Shown: positions 1-12,715 of the stretch, piece by piece
Layout of the letters: each line of letters starts with the position of its first letter
Position numbering within the stretch: the first letter of the stretch is position 1
Source: Octopus vulgaris
Taxonomy: Eukaryota
Direction: 5' to 3'
DNA length: 64,000 nucleotides
Assembly: GCA_951406725.2 (NCBI GenBank)
Contig: OX597831.1
Span: 21,080,001-21,144,000 of the forward strand
Notes under the pieces: model-generated
Database searches by the model: none
Seen by the model: the letters and a program-made list of their open reading frames with translations, nothing else
Told to the model about the DNA's origin: nothing
Position numbers and translations under genes: made by a program

Positions 1-230
1 TGTGTGTGTGTAAGGGTGTGAGTTTCGTTTTTGTCCACCGCACCTGCTTGAGAACCGGTGCTGGTTTTTTATCCTCACGTAATTTCCCGGCAAAAAATGC
101 CCGAAAAGCGAAGTATCAAGCTTAGAAGTAAAAGGAAAAATAACGGGTTCGATTTCTTCGGCTAATCCTTTCTAGGCATTCTTCAAATATGGTTCATTTC
201 TATTGACAGGAAAATCTAGAAGAAAAAGAT
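1..230 (+). mobile_element. Degraded SINE family B, 3' half
   Basis: Colinear by eye with the 3' half of the copy at 12280-12490 (ttgtcc...gcttga.aaccg.tgctggt...cggcaaaa...aagta..a.gctta). Confidence 0.6.
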
Positions 231-342
231 GTTCCAGTAAAAAAAAACACACAAAAAAACACGAGAATTGAGAGCTCAAGCTGTCACTAAACTTGAATAC
301 GTTATTACAATGCAGAAAATCCAAATAGAGTAAACTTGTGTG

Positions 343-704
343 TACGAAGGAAAGTCAAAAGCTATCCGCACTTACGCCATAACATATCTTTATCCTAGTC
401 ACACTGCCTTCTGCGCATGCATGCTTTTATAGTTGGTACTATGGTAGTCACGTGATCGAAGTTTGAGCATGATCGCGCCATTTTTCTTTCTGGCTTTATA
501 GTGTAAGCATGGCCGCTCCACTAACAATGTGCACCAAAGAAGAACAAAGAGCAGTGATCCGATTTGTCTGGTCAGAAAGTGTCAGGTGCTGAAATTCATC
601 GGAGGCTTTTACCACCAAACGGTGACAGTACACTACCGCGTAGAAGTGTGTATAAATGGATCAAGAAGTTTAAAAGTGGCTGGAAAAGTGTGGCGCATGA
701 AGGG
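343..704 (+). mobile_element. Mariner-type DNA transposon left end with frameshifted transposase N-terminus (HTH)
   Basis: TA+CGAAGGAAAGTCAAAAGCTATCCG TIR-like start; ATG at 509 gives [23 protein letters not shown], then after a frameshift SGAEIHRRL...[14 protein letters not shown], typical of a mariner DNA-binding domain. Confidence 0.8.
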
Positions 705-1842
705 GAACAAAAGGGGTGTAGACGTAAGTGTAGAGGAACTAAGGATCAATTACTAATCCTGGCTGATTGCAAGAAGAGACACAAAAAATTGACTATGGCA
801 TGGATGGACTACAGGAAATCATATGGCATGGTCTCACACTCGTGCATTATTGAATGCCTTAATCTGCTTAAGGTCTCCCACAACATTCTGAAGAAAAAAA
901 AGAAAACTCAATGGCAACATGGCAATCTGAACTTACAGTATAGGGAGATAAGCTGGGAGAGGTAAATATCAAAAGATCAATCTTTCAAGGGGACAGTCTG
1001 TCGCCTCTCCTATTTGTTGTCTGCATACTGCCACTAACCAGCGTTCTAAGAAAGATGCGTGTGGAGTACATGGTAGGCAGGGTGAAAGTAAACAACCTGT
1101 GGTTTATGGATGACCTAAAGGTATTTGCTAAGACTGAGAAAGAAGTTGAGAGTTTGACGGCAAATGTCCAGATGATTAGCGAAGATATTGAGCATGGAAT
1201 TTGGGATCGAGAAATATGGTGTAATGATTATCAAAATGGAGAAAATCACTAAAAACCAAGGGATCAAGCTGGAAAGGGACGAAACTATAAAGGAAGTCGG
1301 AGAGGAAGGACATAAGTACCTGGGTATCATTTAAAGAGGTAAGGTGAATGAAAACAAGATAAAAGAAATGTACAGGAAAGAGTATTTGAGGAGATCTCGG
1401 CTTGTGCTCCAATCGACGTTAAATGGTCGCTATAAGATTGGCGCAGTTAATATGCTGGCGGTTGCTTTGATGATATATGGAGCATGAATAGTATCTTGGA
1501 AGAAGAATGATTTACAAGAGATAGACCGGTGAACACATAAATGAATGACAATGAACAAGAATAATGTGTCAAGATTGTATGTAAAAAGGAAAGAAATAGT
1601 ACAGGGATTCGTGTGAAGGTTGTGTAGCAGAAGAGGAGAATAGCCTGGCTTGGTATGTCAAAGGGAGTAAAGAAGAAATTATTGAAGCAGTAAAAATGCA
1701 GGGAACCTTAAAAGTGAACGAAGCCGAAGATTCAACACGTTTTAAGAAAGACAGAGAGAACAGATGAGGAAATTTGGCGGGACAAGAAAATGTGCGGTCA
1801 GTTCTTGAAGAATAAAGATGAGATTAATTGCAATAGAACCTG
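705..1842 (+). pseudogene. R4/Dong-clade non-LTR retrotransposon reverse transcriptase fragment
   Basis: [54 protein letters not shown] motifs with stops and frameshifts. Confidence 0.9.
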
Positions 1843-1893
1843 GCGATCCTCTGACCGCGAGTCCGCTGCCCTAACCACTGGGCCATTGCGCCT
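1842..1893 (-). mobile_element. SINE family C tRNA-derived head fragment
   Basis: Reverse complement GAGGCGCAATGGCCCAGTGGTTAGGGCAGCGGACTCGCGG; same head at 33690-33748 and 43570-43645. Confidence 0.8.
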
Positions 1894-1899
1894 CATAAT

Positions 1900-2146
1900 G
1901 CGCCCTTTTAAAGCCTAGCCAGGCTCATGGGCCCAGTTTCCCAATTTCAATGGCGTGTGTGTTCCCCAGCTGGACGGGACGCCAGTCCATCGCAGCGTTA
2001 CTCATTTTTGCCAGCTGAGTGGACGGGAGCAACGTGAAATGAAGTGTTTTGCTCAAGAACACAACGCGTCGCCCGGTCCAGGAATCGAAACCACAATCTT
2101 ACGTTCATGATGCTGACACCCTAACCACTAAGCCACGCGCCTCCAC
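1900..2146 (-). mobile_element. tRNA-derived SINE family D with V-domain-like segment
   Basis: A box TGGCTTAGTGG, B box GTTTCGATTCC, central GCGATGGACTGGCGTCCCGTCCAG. Confidence 0.85.
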
Positions 2147-3305
2147 TCTGCCTTACTTACTTAGAAGGAAAAATGTATAAAACGCCAACTAGACATAAAT
2201 ATGCGATAAATAAAACGAAAACATACGCTCAAAACAACGGTGTTATGGAATGACCGATGATGTAATGATGTTGGCAAATGTGGGAAACAAGTCAAGATAA
2301 GTTTTGTATTATTTATTTCAGCGAGGTTGAAAGTGTCGGGGTATTGATAAGAAAATAACTAATTCAATCTAACGTGTACACTTGTTGGCAAGGAATTAGA
2401 GAATTGTTTATCGTGTAAACATTGAGTTCCTCCATCTGTTGGGAAAAAAGAATAGTTAGGTTAATGTTAATAAGTATTGTTTCGCAAAAGCATTACAAAT
2501 TACCTTAAAATACTCATGGGATAGTGAACAAATTTGTATTATACTTAGAGGCTCCGAAGTGGTCAATTGGCTTGAGATTGTACCATGTTTATGAGGTCAG
2601 TATTGATACCAAAACGCGGTGGGTCTTGTTTAGCAGAACTTATAACAGGTTATATAATTTTTCTGTTTTTTTCTATATTATTATCGTTTCTCATTGTTGC
2701 AATGCTTTATGTTCTATTCATGAATAAAGTTTGCATTATTTAAACTATTGCGATTAGATGTACACTCTACAAAACGATAAGGAAATACAAAATATAAAAA
2801 AAGACCCGTATAGAATGCAATATGTGAAACCTGCAAAGCCTTGATATCTATTTAACCGACTTTCCAAGGGAGTTAATAAAGATATGTAACAGTTTTATAA
2901 CACTTTCGATAATTCAATGAAATCTAGCACGTACGTGAAAGTGACTGTTGCTGCCAACATGACAATGTGTGTAAACCTCCCTGCGGTGTGTGTGTATGTA
3001 TCTCTCTCTCTGTTTACACACTACACCACACACACACATACACACACACATATATACGTATATATATAAATACAAACGCATATATTATATAAATATATAC
3101 GTATATAAAGACATATGTACATACACATATAGAATATGTGTATGCTGCTGTATGCATACATCTATGCAGATAAGCATAAGTTCTTATATATATATGCACA
3201 TACACATTCCCACATGTATATATACTATGCAAACATGCTTACGTAGTGTTTGATACATATAATATATATGTCTCTGTGTGCGCGTGTGTTTGAGTACGTG
3301 TTTGC

Positions 3306-3336
<31 letters not shown>

Positions 3337-3531
3337 TGTATGTATGTATGTATGTACATCCAGATTATTTTGAGAATACTTTCAGATGTATAGCTAGAAA
3401 CTGGATTATAGTCAGGTCATTCTGATATCTCTTATAGATCGATTATTGAGTAGTTCGATTAATTGTTATCAAATTACATTTACATATATATACATATAAA
3501 TGTATACATAACAATACACACACGCACACAC

Positions 3532-3567
<36 letters not shown>

Positions 3568-3572
<5 letters not shown>

Positions 3573-3688
3573 CGTGATCACCGTGACCGACCAGACCATC
3601 AGATGTTGCTACACATCGCTGGTCACAATGCGTTCGCATTGTTTTAGCCTTCGAATGACGCCACCCCGCTGGCTAAGCGAGCAGGCCA
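3568..3688 (-). mobile_element. SINE family C 3' tail fragment abutting (TA)n
   Basis: Matches 33467-33572 (gtgatca..gtgaccga...agatgttgctacacatc.ctggtcacaatgcg). Confidence 0.8.
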
Positions 3689-3859
3689 CTACATTACACT
3701 ACATTTCTCGATATATACATACACACGAAATTGATGCACTTGCACATAATATATATAGAAATATGGTCATAGATATATATGCATTTGAACTATATAAAAC
3801 CTATAAACATATAATATAACATAATCAACAAATACACCTGTGCGTATTTGTGTGGTTGC

Positions 3860-3872
3860 ATCTATCTATCTG

Positions 3873-3954
<82 letters not shown>

Positions 3955-4002
3955 AATGTATCTATCTATCAATCTATCTATCTATCTATCTATCTATCTA
4001 TG

Positions 4003-4067
<65 letters not shown>

Positions 4068-4078
4068 GTCTATCTATG
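3860..4078. repeat. (TCTA)n microsatellite
   Basis: Directly visible. Confidence 0.98.
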
Positions 4079-4143
4079 TAGCTATATATTGGCGTGTGTG
4101 GTTGTGTGTACATCTATAAATATATACATCAGGAATAAACGAA

Positions 4144-4179
<36 letters not shown>

Positions 4180-4777
4180 TGTATATATGTATCTATGTAT
4201 GTATCAGTTCAAATACAGCTCAGCGTGCGAAAATCAAACGACTCTCTTTTCTCTGAGCTATCTTTCCAAAATTCAATAATAACCGATGATTATTGGAATA
4301 TTTCGGCTGCAACAAAATATTTAGCTGGAAAGGTATCAAATGTATTAAAACGAAAAAAAACCCCGACTATTCCCACAATACACCTGTTAAACTATATGTA
4401 TGTGCAAGTCTCCATCCTAATGTGTTTGTATGCATTTTTAGGCGTGTGTGTGTCTATGAATGTGCGTTAGTTTCTTTCTATATTGACTGCATGACTGAGA
4501 ACATCGTTTGAAGTTCTCACTTGAATTCCTCACAGGAATACAGTACATTTAATCGCGGGTTCAATATTAAAGCTGAAATTAATGGAATGTTCCCTTATAA
4601 TACAATCGCGTACTTTATAGTAGAGTGGTCTTCTGGTTTAGATATATAACGTTTTGTTTTCCATCTATCTATCTGTCTAATATCTATCTACGTATCTATC
4701 TGCCAATCTATTATCTATCTATCAGTTTATCTAGCTGTCTTTTTATCTGTGTATGTATAAATGTATGTGTGTGTATA

Positions 4778-5108
<331 letters not shown>

Positions 5109-5654
5109 AAAAATCAATAAAAAAACAACCCCCCCCCCCAAAAAAAACCCAAACGAAGCACGCTTCTCCTTCCCTTACATGCTTTTATTTATACTCTAGC
5201 AGATCTACATCTCTTTCGCCATCCCATGTATTTTTTGGACACTTTCATATCTTTTATATCCTCACATACATGCATTCACTCCATTCTGCCAAAAGTTACA
5301 ACCACACACTCATACACCCGAACCAATATCCTTCACTCCTCCCACACACTTTTTAACGCCTCCTTACTTTCAGACTTTCGTATATCTTGCACATAAACAT
5401 ACCTTAAGCCCGTTTCCTGACTTACATACACTCTCATACATCCATCTACATACACATTCATTCCTCCCTTCATAATTTCCCAAGAGAACATAATTCCCCA
5501 CTCCGGCATACGCTGTTTTCTAACTGCTCACAAATTCCCCGATGTCTTTTCTCTATATTCTTTGTTATTTTGTCATTAAATTTTCTTGTCAACGCTTTCA
5601 CGGATTTGTCATGACTTTGAACACGGAACTGCAAGTTTGAGTTCACTATTGATG

Positions 5655-6531
5655 ATTTTACTACAGACAGTGCATGGATTTACCAAAGACATAAATATGA
5701 AATATGGCTTAGAAAAATGCGCCAAAACAAGCAATCTTGAAAAGAGGAAAACTAGTTAAGAGTAGCTAAATCACACGAGATAAAGCAAATGAAATAAGAG
5801 AATTAAACCAAAGCCATGCATACAAATATTTATGAATAAATGAACTAGATACGATACAACGCACAAATGAAAAAAGAAAATAAAGAAAGAATACTATAGA
5901 CAAATTAGATTAATACTGAAAACAGATCTCAATGCGAAAAACAAGAAATAGGTATTAACACTTTAGCCGTCCCAGTTATAAGTTACAGCTACAATATCCT
6001 TAATTGGGATCTAAATGAACTAATCAAAATATGCAGGTAAACAAGAAAAATAATGACAGGATTTAGGATGCACCACCCAAAATCTGACATAGAAAGATTA
6101 TATATAGAACGTACAGAAGTTGGTAGAGGCCTTATACATCTGGAAAACTACTATAAAATAACCACCATAGGACTACAAATATACCTACTTCAGAAGTAAG
6201 GAAAACTAATACAAATAGCCACAAAACAAGAACAAAGCAAAACACTTTTCAGTCTTTAAGGAACCTGACAAATACAAATAAGAAGTCATAGCATCTAACA
6301 ACTATGAAGAAGAGGAAGGAACAACAAAAGCTGTAAAACAAAGGGAATCCAAAATAAATCTAGAACTTCAACGAATCAGGATAAAATGATGGCAAAAATG
6401 CCCCTTCATGGCAAATACTGGGTTAAACTAAACTCAGAAGAAAGTGACAAAGCAAAATCCCAACAGTGGTTGAGAAACTCAGGACTCAAAGCAGAAACTG
6501 AAGGATTTTTAATTGCAGCACAAGACCAAGC
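5655..6531 (+). pseudogene. R4/Dong-clade RT C-terminal fragment
   Basis: GFRMHHPKSDIERLYIERTEVGRGL, LHGKYW, WLRNSGLKAETEGFLIAAQDQ; colinear with 20528-21330. Confidence 0.9.
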
Positions 6532-6536
6532 ATAGT

Positions 6537-6800
6537 CTGTTGTGTCTGGGGAGAGTCATTTTCTTTATAATGTAACACACTCACCGGTAAAATTTCCACT
6601 TATTCCTTATTTTTATTTTCCTAAAATTTTCGTTGCGTCTTGCAACCTTTTCAATAATCAAGAGTCAAGACTATTGAAAAGGTCGCAAGACGCAACGAAA
6701 ATTTTAGGAAAATAAAAATAAGAAATAAGTGGAAATTTTACCGGTGAGTGTGTTACATTATAAGGCACAAAAAGAAAATGACTCTCCTCAGACACAACAG
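6537..6800. mobile_element. Fold-back element (about 120-130 bp inverted arms), each arm with a minimal hammerhead-like motif
   Basis: 6537-6657 is the reverse complement of 6672-6800 apart from a few mismatches and an indel; CTA-TTGAAAA-G-GTYGC-AAGAC-GCAAC-GAAA-AT-TT-TAG. Confidence 0.85.
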
Positions 6801-8369
6801 AATTACAGTAAATTATTTTTCAATAAATATTAACTGAATGTATAATAATGCCATTACTACGATTTGTTTCTGATTGCCGTTTATTCTGCTAGCAATCTCA
6901 ACTCGTTGCCTCTTAGTTTATTGGTTGTTTGCTATTGTTTCGTATATTATATGTAACCATAACAGAAGAAAAACACTTTTCATATATAGTGTAGGTGGTG
7001 GATATGTGTACTTATATGCCTCGCTTTCTATGAGTCTGTAGTAGTTACATCTAGTTTTAGAAATTCCACTTGATAATACGTTACCTTTTATGTTAATTAA
7101 TAGTTAACTACTTTATCCGGAAGATATAAAAATATCTCTGAAGCTGAAGGTAATATAAAGAGCGATAACGAAGATATTAAATATTTATAATCACTGTGTC
7201 ATAGAATTGCTTGATAGTAATAGTCACATGGCAGCAAGCAATGAGAGTCATGAAGAAGAAACTTAAGAAACATTCATGTATATAGAAAAATAATTAGAAT
7301 GATCACGAAATCAGGAAAAAGATGCACAAAGAATGGATAAGTCAACGCATAATAAAAGGCAAGGAATAAAAGATTTATTTGCTTGAGGGGAAAAGATGAA
7401 ACAATGATTGATTTGTTCTAAAAGAAATCTTACAACTGGTATATCTAACATAATAATAAGTAAATACAAATATTGCTCACGACTATTTGTCGCTCTCGCT
7501 CTATTTTTGTTCAATAGAGGTTGTTACATCAGAAATATTTTGGTAGTTTCCTTCAAGTAATTGTTTGGTCTGTCAGGAACGAAAGTTGCCAGTATCAGTG
7601 AAACAAGAAGGTTAGACTTTTCACATTAGATTTAATGATTATTATTCAGCCGAGGTCATTACGAAGAACACAACTATCAGCTTCTTAGGGTCGGGGAAAG
7701 GCAAACAATATATTTTTTCTGTCAGGTGACTATGGCGAAATACGTTGTGTGGTGGACGAAGCAGAAGGGCTGAAGAGAGGAACCAATCAAGTTAATGATT
7801 ATTATTCAATCTGCCATGTGACTATGATGAAATACATTGTGTGGTGAACGAAACTAACGGATTGGGTGAAGAGAGGAGGCAGGCACAGTTCCTCTATAGG
7901 CAAAACCTTATTCAATTTCACATAGAAAACAAGGTGCGGTTGATGAATGAAATAACGTCCTCTATTTAGTGTTTTCAAAGAAGGATCAGTACAGCGATTA
8001 TGTAACTGATAGATGGGGCTATTCTGAGCAAGCATTTGTACAACTGAACGCGATAGAAGAACGATCACTAAATTTTGATGCTGAGGACGATTCATGTTTT
8101 ATGGGGTCTGTCTGAGAGCAGCTGACTTCCTAAATGTTGGGGCATCTTATTTTCTTGGAATTTTGTTGTGAATTCTTTTCGTTATTCTTTTGTACATGTT
8201 TTCGTCTAAACCCCTAACTACGTTACATTTTCTCATTTAAACTGACCTTCTTTCCTTTGAACACTTGCTGCTAATAAGGATGATACCTCTCATACAAATA
8301 AAAGAAACTCTCTACTTCCTCCTCTTCATCATCATCATCGTGATCATTATCACCATATTATTATTATTA

Positions 8370-8928
8370 TTGAGTGAGAGAGCAGTGCATGCCATCAAAG
8401 TGACACTGGGATAAAATATACGAAGCCCAATATACCCATCATGACTATCCGTCTGATAAGGGTACACCAGGTACATACATCACAATCATATGTGCGCGAC
8501 ATGGTGATCTCATATCAAGATAAACAACGCATGACCTTGCAGATGGGGCCCAGTTAGAAGTTTTTTCTGGTCGCGTAGCCCATCCCGCTCAAAAGGTCGC
8601 TGAATAAGGATGGCTTAAGGATTTTAAACGAACCACCCATGTTTCCAAAGGTGAATTATCCAAACCTCTAAGAATCCCTTTCAACACCCGGCTATGGTTC
8701 TCCCCCACTACTTCTGCTCATGATCAGAGATGCACATATCGTCAGACACTAAGGGACATGCTCAACTGGTTAAGGTCAAACAACTGACAAGCAAATCTGT
8801 TTTATTGAGCAGAATATTTGCTGTAGCCCATCTTTTATACCAAGACAAAACAATTTACATGATAACACTTCCAATCAGTTAAGATCAGAAGCCATGAGAG
8901 CCACTGTCTGGTACTGTATCAGGGCATT
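8370..8928 (-). mobile_element. Non-coding retroelement (3' end or non-autonomous element) in (TAA)n
   Basis: Reverse-complement match to 18987-19480; both end at CTCTCACTC followed by (AAT)n. Confidence 0.8.
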
Positions 8929-8942
8929 TGTTGTTGTTGTCG

Positions 8943-9275
8943 TCATCATCATCATCATCATTATCATCAATATCATCATTATCATCATCATTATTATCAT
9001 CATCATTATTATCATCATTATTATCATTATTATTATCATTATTATTATCATTATTATTATCATTATTATTATCATTATTATTATTATTATCATTATTATT
9101 ATCATTATTATTATTATCATTATCATTATTATTATTATCATTATTATTATTATTATCATTATTATTATCATTATTATTATTATCATTATCATTATTATTA
9201 TTATCATTATTATTATTATTATTATCATTATTATTATTATCATCATTATTATTATTATCATTATTATTATTATCA

Positions 9276-9313
<38 letters not shown>
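8943..9313. repeat. (ATT/ATC)n microsatellite
   Basis: Directly visible. Confidence 0.98.
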
Positions 9314-10800
9314 TGTGATGTATCATAAGTGATAAAACCTATAAACATACACATCGATTTTTCCTCTATATTTTATCTCTTTCAAAGCACCCCTCTGCAA
9401 GTATTTTTAACTTCACCAACATGTAACCTTCTCAAAGGTTATATATTTCTGGTTGTTTTGTTTTTTTCAGTTTATAACTGATATTTTCCTATTGTTGTAT
9501 TTAGATTGCAGCAAGCATGCTAGATGATATTGATCTCTAAGGGATTTTAAAACTCCTTTTTGTTTTTCTTTGATAGTATCAGGAAATGTGTGTGTTCATT
9601 GATTAACTTTGCTTGTTTTGGGTTTATTTTATCCTTGATTTTATATTGTTTTGATGGTAGGTTGATGTTAGTGATGTGTTATTTGCTCATCCGTCCCTCG
9701 TTGTAAGTAGCATTTTCCATGTATTTGTGTAGCGTTGCAAGTTTGCATTTGTTGATATCTGGAGAGAATGATTACTTCAAAATTTTTATTGAGCAATTGC
9801 TATATTGTTATGGGACATAGTTAATATAAGGATGTTTGTTTGCTTTCACTGTACTCTCCCTAGTTTTCGACAATTCTTTCAAGCTGGCTACGAAATGTCT
9901 CGCCTCCGTGCGTTGTAGTGGGATTTCTATATTGTCACTCCATACATCTTTTACGGTAAGTACTGTCTGTAGTATAAGTAGTGTCTCTAATATAAGCAAT
10001 GTCTCTGTTATCGGTGGAAGGTTCTTTCTGAAATGGCTATCAACTGCAGAGTAATTATTTGATGGAGCTGCCCGCATTATTCTTTTATATTATTCTAAGT
10101 CTTATGTAGTGAATTTTTAAATGCGCAGTTTAGTTTACATTACATTTGGGTGTAGCATCGTTGAAAATACCCAAAAGTCATATCATCATTCTCAAAGCTG
10201 CAACGCTGAAAAATTATTATTAGGTGATTGTAATATGGAGTATATTTTTCTGTGCGTGTGTATATATATATGTATATATCTATATCATAGTCGTCGTTGT
10301 CATAATTTCATATTTCCGTTTCCATGTTTATATGAATCTGACGAGAGTATGTTGAAGAAGAGTTTTCAACGGTCGGATGCGCTTTTTGTTGTCAATACCC
10401 TCTTCTTTCCAAGAGAAATATAATCTGTAAGTCTGCCGAACAAACGGCTTAGACACGTTTTGGTGTGGAGAACTGGATACAAAAAACCCCGTGTGAATAA
10501 GCCGATTGTTTACAAAGGTCATGCTACACTTTAAGATGTCAAGAAGCCCGAACACTTTTATAAACTAACAGTTTCTCTATTGTAATATTTTTTCTTTCAA
10601 ATCAGTTCCAGAACTTGCTCTGATACATGGCAGACACTCTATTAGCAACTTCGCTGATGACCATTTCAAATTTTCTCCTCTATATCTGATTCAATCTTGT
10701 TAGTTTTATGTTACTTACAACATTTGGTACAGCTTCTTTTACAACATACAACGTTCTTTTGGACGTGTAGAATGTGGTATGCGCTATTTTGTTTTTGTAG

Positions 10801-10903
10801 AAATGCTTAGCGGTATTTCGCCAGTCTTTATGTTCTGTGTTCAAATACCACCGGAGCCGACTTTGCCTTTCATCCTTTCGGGGTCGATAAATTAAGTAGC
10901 AGC
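10801..10903 (+). mobile_element. SINE family A fragment
   Basis: Core CGACTTTGCCTTTCATCCTTTCGGGGTCGATAAATTAAGTA. Confidence 0.85.
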
Positions 10904-11310
10904 GCATTTTCCAATTGAAGTCGGATGAAGAGGGTTTGTTGGACACGGTGTTAGAAGACTGTTGTTATCGTTAGGCCTAACTTATCGTAAGGTAAATACC
11001 AACATGATCGATATCCAAACTAGAATGGAGAAGGCTAGTCACTGGATCTGGTAAAAAAGAGACGATGATCGATGGCTAGAGAAATATTGAGCTATATTTA
11101 ATAACCAGTTGATCTAGCAAGCGTGGCCTCATATAAGTGAGGGGGCCGGTGCGCATTGATGCCGTCGATAGGTAGGCCTCGAAACGGCGCGCATTCTCTT
11201 CTGATGACCTCATACACTTGCTAGCTTCCAGTATGCGGAGTTCTCGACTGGTAGTACTTGCATGTGCAAGTTGTTTGCAAGACATCTAAGATGTACAATA
11301 TTGGATTCAA

Positions 11311-11513
11311 CTTTTGACCCAAGGCCAGCAATTTCGGGGCAGAGGGTAAGTCGATTACATCGATCCCTGTATTTAACTGGTACTCATTTAATCGACTCCG
11401 AGGGGATGAAAGGCAAAAACGACCCCGGTGGAATTTGAACTCAGAAAATGCAGACGGAAAAATGCCGCTGAGCTTTTTTCTGGCGTGCTAACGAATCTGC
11501 CAGCTCGGTGCCT
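11311..11513 (-). mobile_element. SINE family A
   Basis: Reverse complement of head and core seen at 30555-30786. Confidence 0.85.
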
Positions 11514-12098
11514 TTCAGAGATATACATTATTAATTCAGAAGCCGCACTCTCATTGCACTGTACGATTGCTCCATAACGCAATTCATAGCCGATACATTT
11601 ACTTAAACAGAATTGTTGTGAAATATCAAGATTCTCAGGCATGCTTTTAAAGAGTTAATATTTCAATTCAGGAAAAGAAGTAAAATTATGAAAACAATCT
11701 CAAAATTTCATATGAACGTATAACATCATAAATCGAGAGGAATCTACATCATCGAGCTGAATATATTTAAAATGTTGTGTGTTCACATTATCACCGAACG
11801 ATATCATAACAGGTAAACAAAAGACCATTGACCTATTAAATGTTAAAAACAATGTACTATGAAATAGGTTTTCTGACTCTATCTTTGACTCAGGAATTAT
11901 CTGCATTGGTGTTTGTGAAGAAAATTATCTTTGTGACATTTAACTATATACGTTATGACTCAGGTAACTAGTAAAGCTTCAGTAGTCTATTTTTAGGTTG
12001 GCAGATCTTCCTTTAGTTTCGAATATAATAACATAAGATCTGCTAGAGGTAGCTTTTGCTATGGATGTTGGTGACGTTACTAAAAATTTTTCTATAAA

Positions 12099-12490
12099 GG
12101 TGCAGGAGTGGCTGTGTGGTAAGTAGCTTGTTTACCAGCCACATGGTTCCGGGTTCAGTCCCACTGCGTGGCACCTCGGGCAAGTGTCTTCTACTATAGC
12201 TTCGTGAGTGGATTTGGTAGACGGAAACTGAAAGAAGCCCGTCGTATATATGTATATATATGTGCGTGTATGTTTGTATATCTGTGTTTGTCCCCCCAAC
12301 ATCGCTTGACAACCGATGCTGGTGTGTTTATGTCCCCGTCATTTAGCGGTTCGGCAAAAGAGACCGATAGAATAAGTACTGGGCTTACAAAGAATAAGTC
12401 CCGGAGTCGAGTTGCTCGATTAAAGGCCGTGCTCCAGCATGGCCGCAGTCAAATGACTGAAACAAGTAAAAGAGTAAAAGAGTAAAAGAA
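12099..12490 (+). mobile_element. SINE family B, near full length
   Basis: tRNA-like head (TGGCTGTGTGG; GGTTCAGTCCC), CORE-like ACCTCGGGCAAGTG, tail GTGCTCCAGCATGGCCGCAG with (GTAAAAGA)n; possible TSD ataaaggt. Confidence 0.9.
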
Positions 12491-12715
12491 TAAAGGTTTT
12501 TAGTTCTTAGACCCTATTTTTTTTCTGCAGAAGTATTAAAGCATTTGGTATTAATTCAAATATTGTTGGATATTTTAGTCAAATCCTTTAAGAGCTTTCA
12601 TTGATGCTAACCAGGAAAATTTGCTCGCTCTTTTCTTATGCATTGTGCACATTTTAAATGGATGAAAATGTTGGGAAATTACTAGCAGGATTCGAATGCA
12701 GAGGTGTAGCACCGC

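Noticed and set aside
9360-10560. Second Penelope-like or LINE remnant
   Set aside because: Strand-biased composition hints at decayed coding DNA, but no ordered motif series could be read
11170-11215. Hammerhead from CGAAAC and CTGATGA
   Set aside because: No convincing stems connect the two motifs
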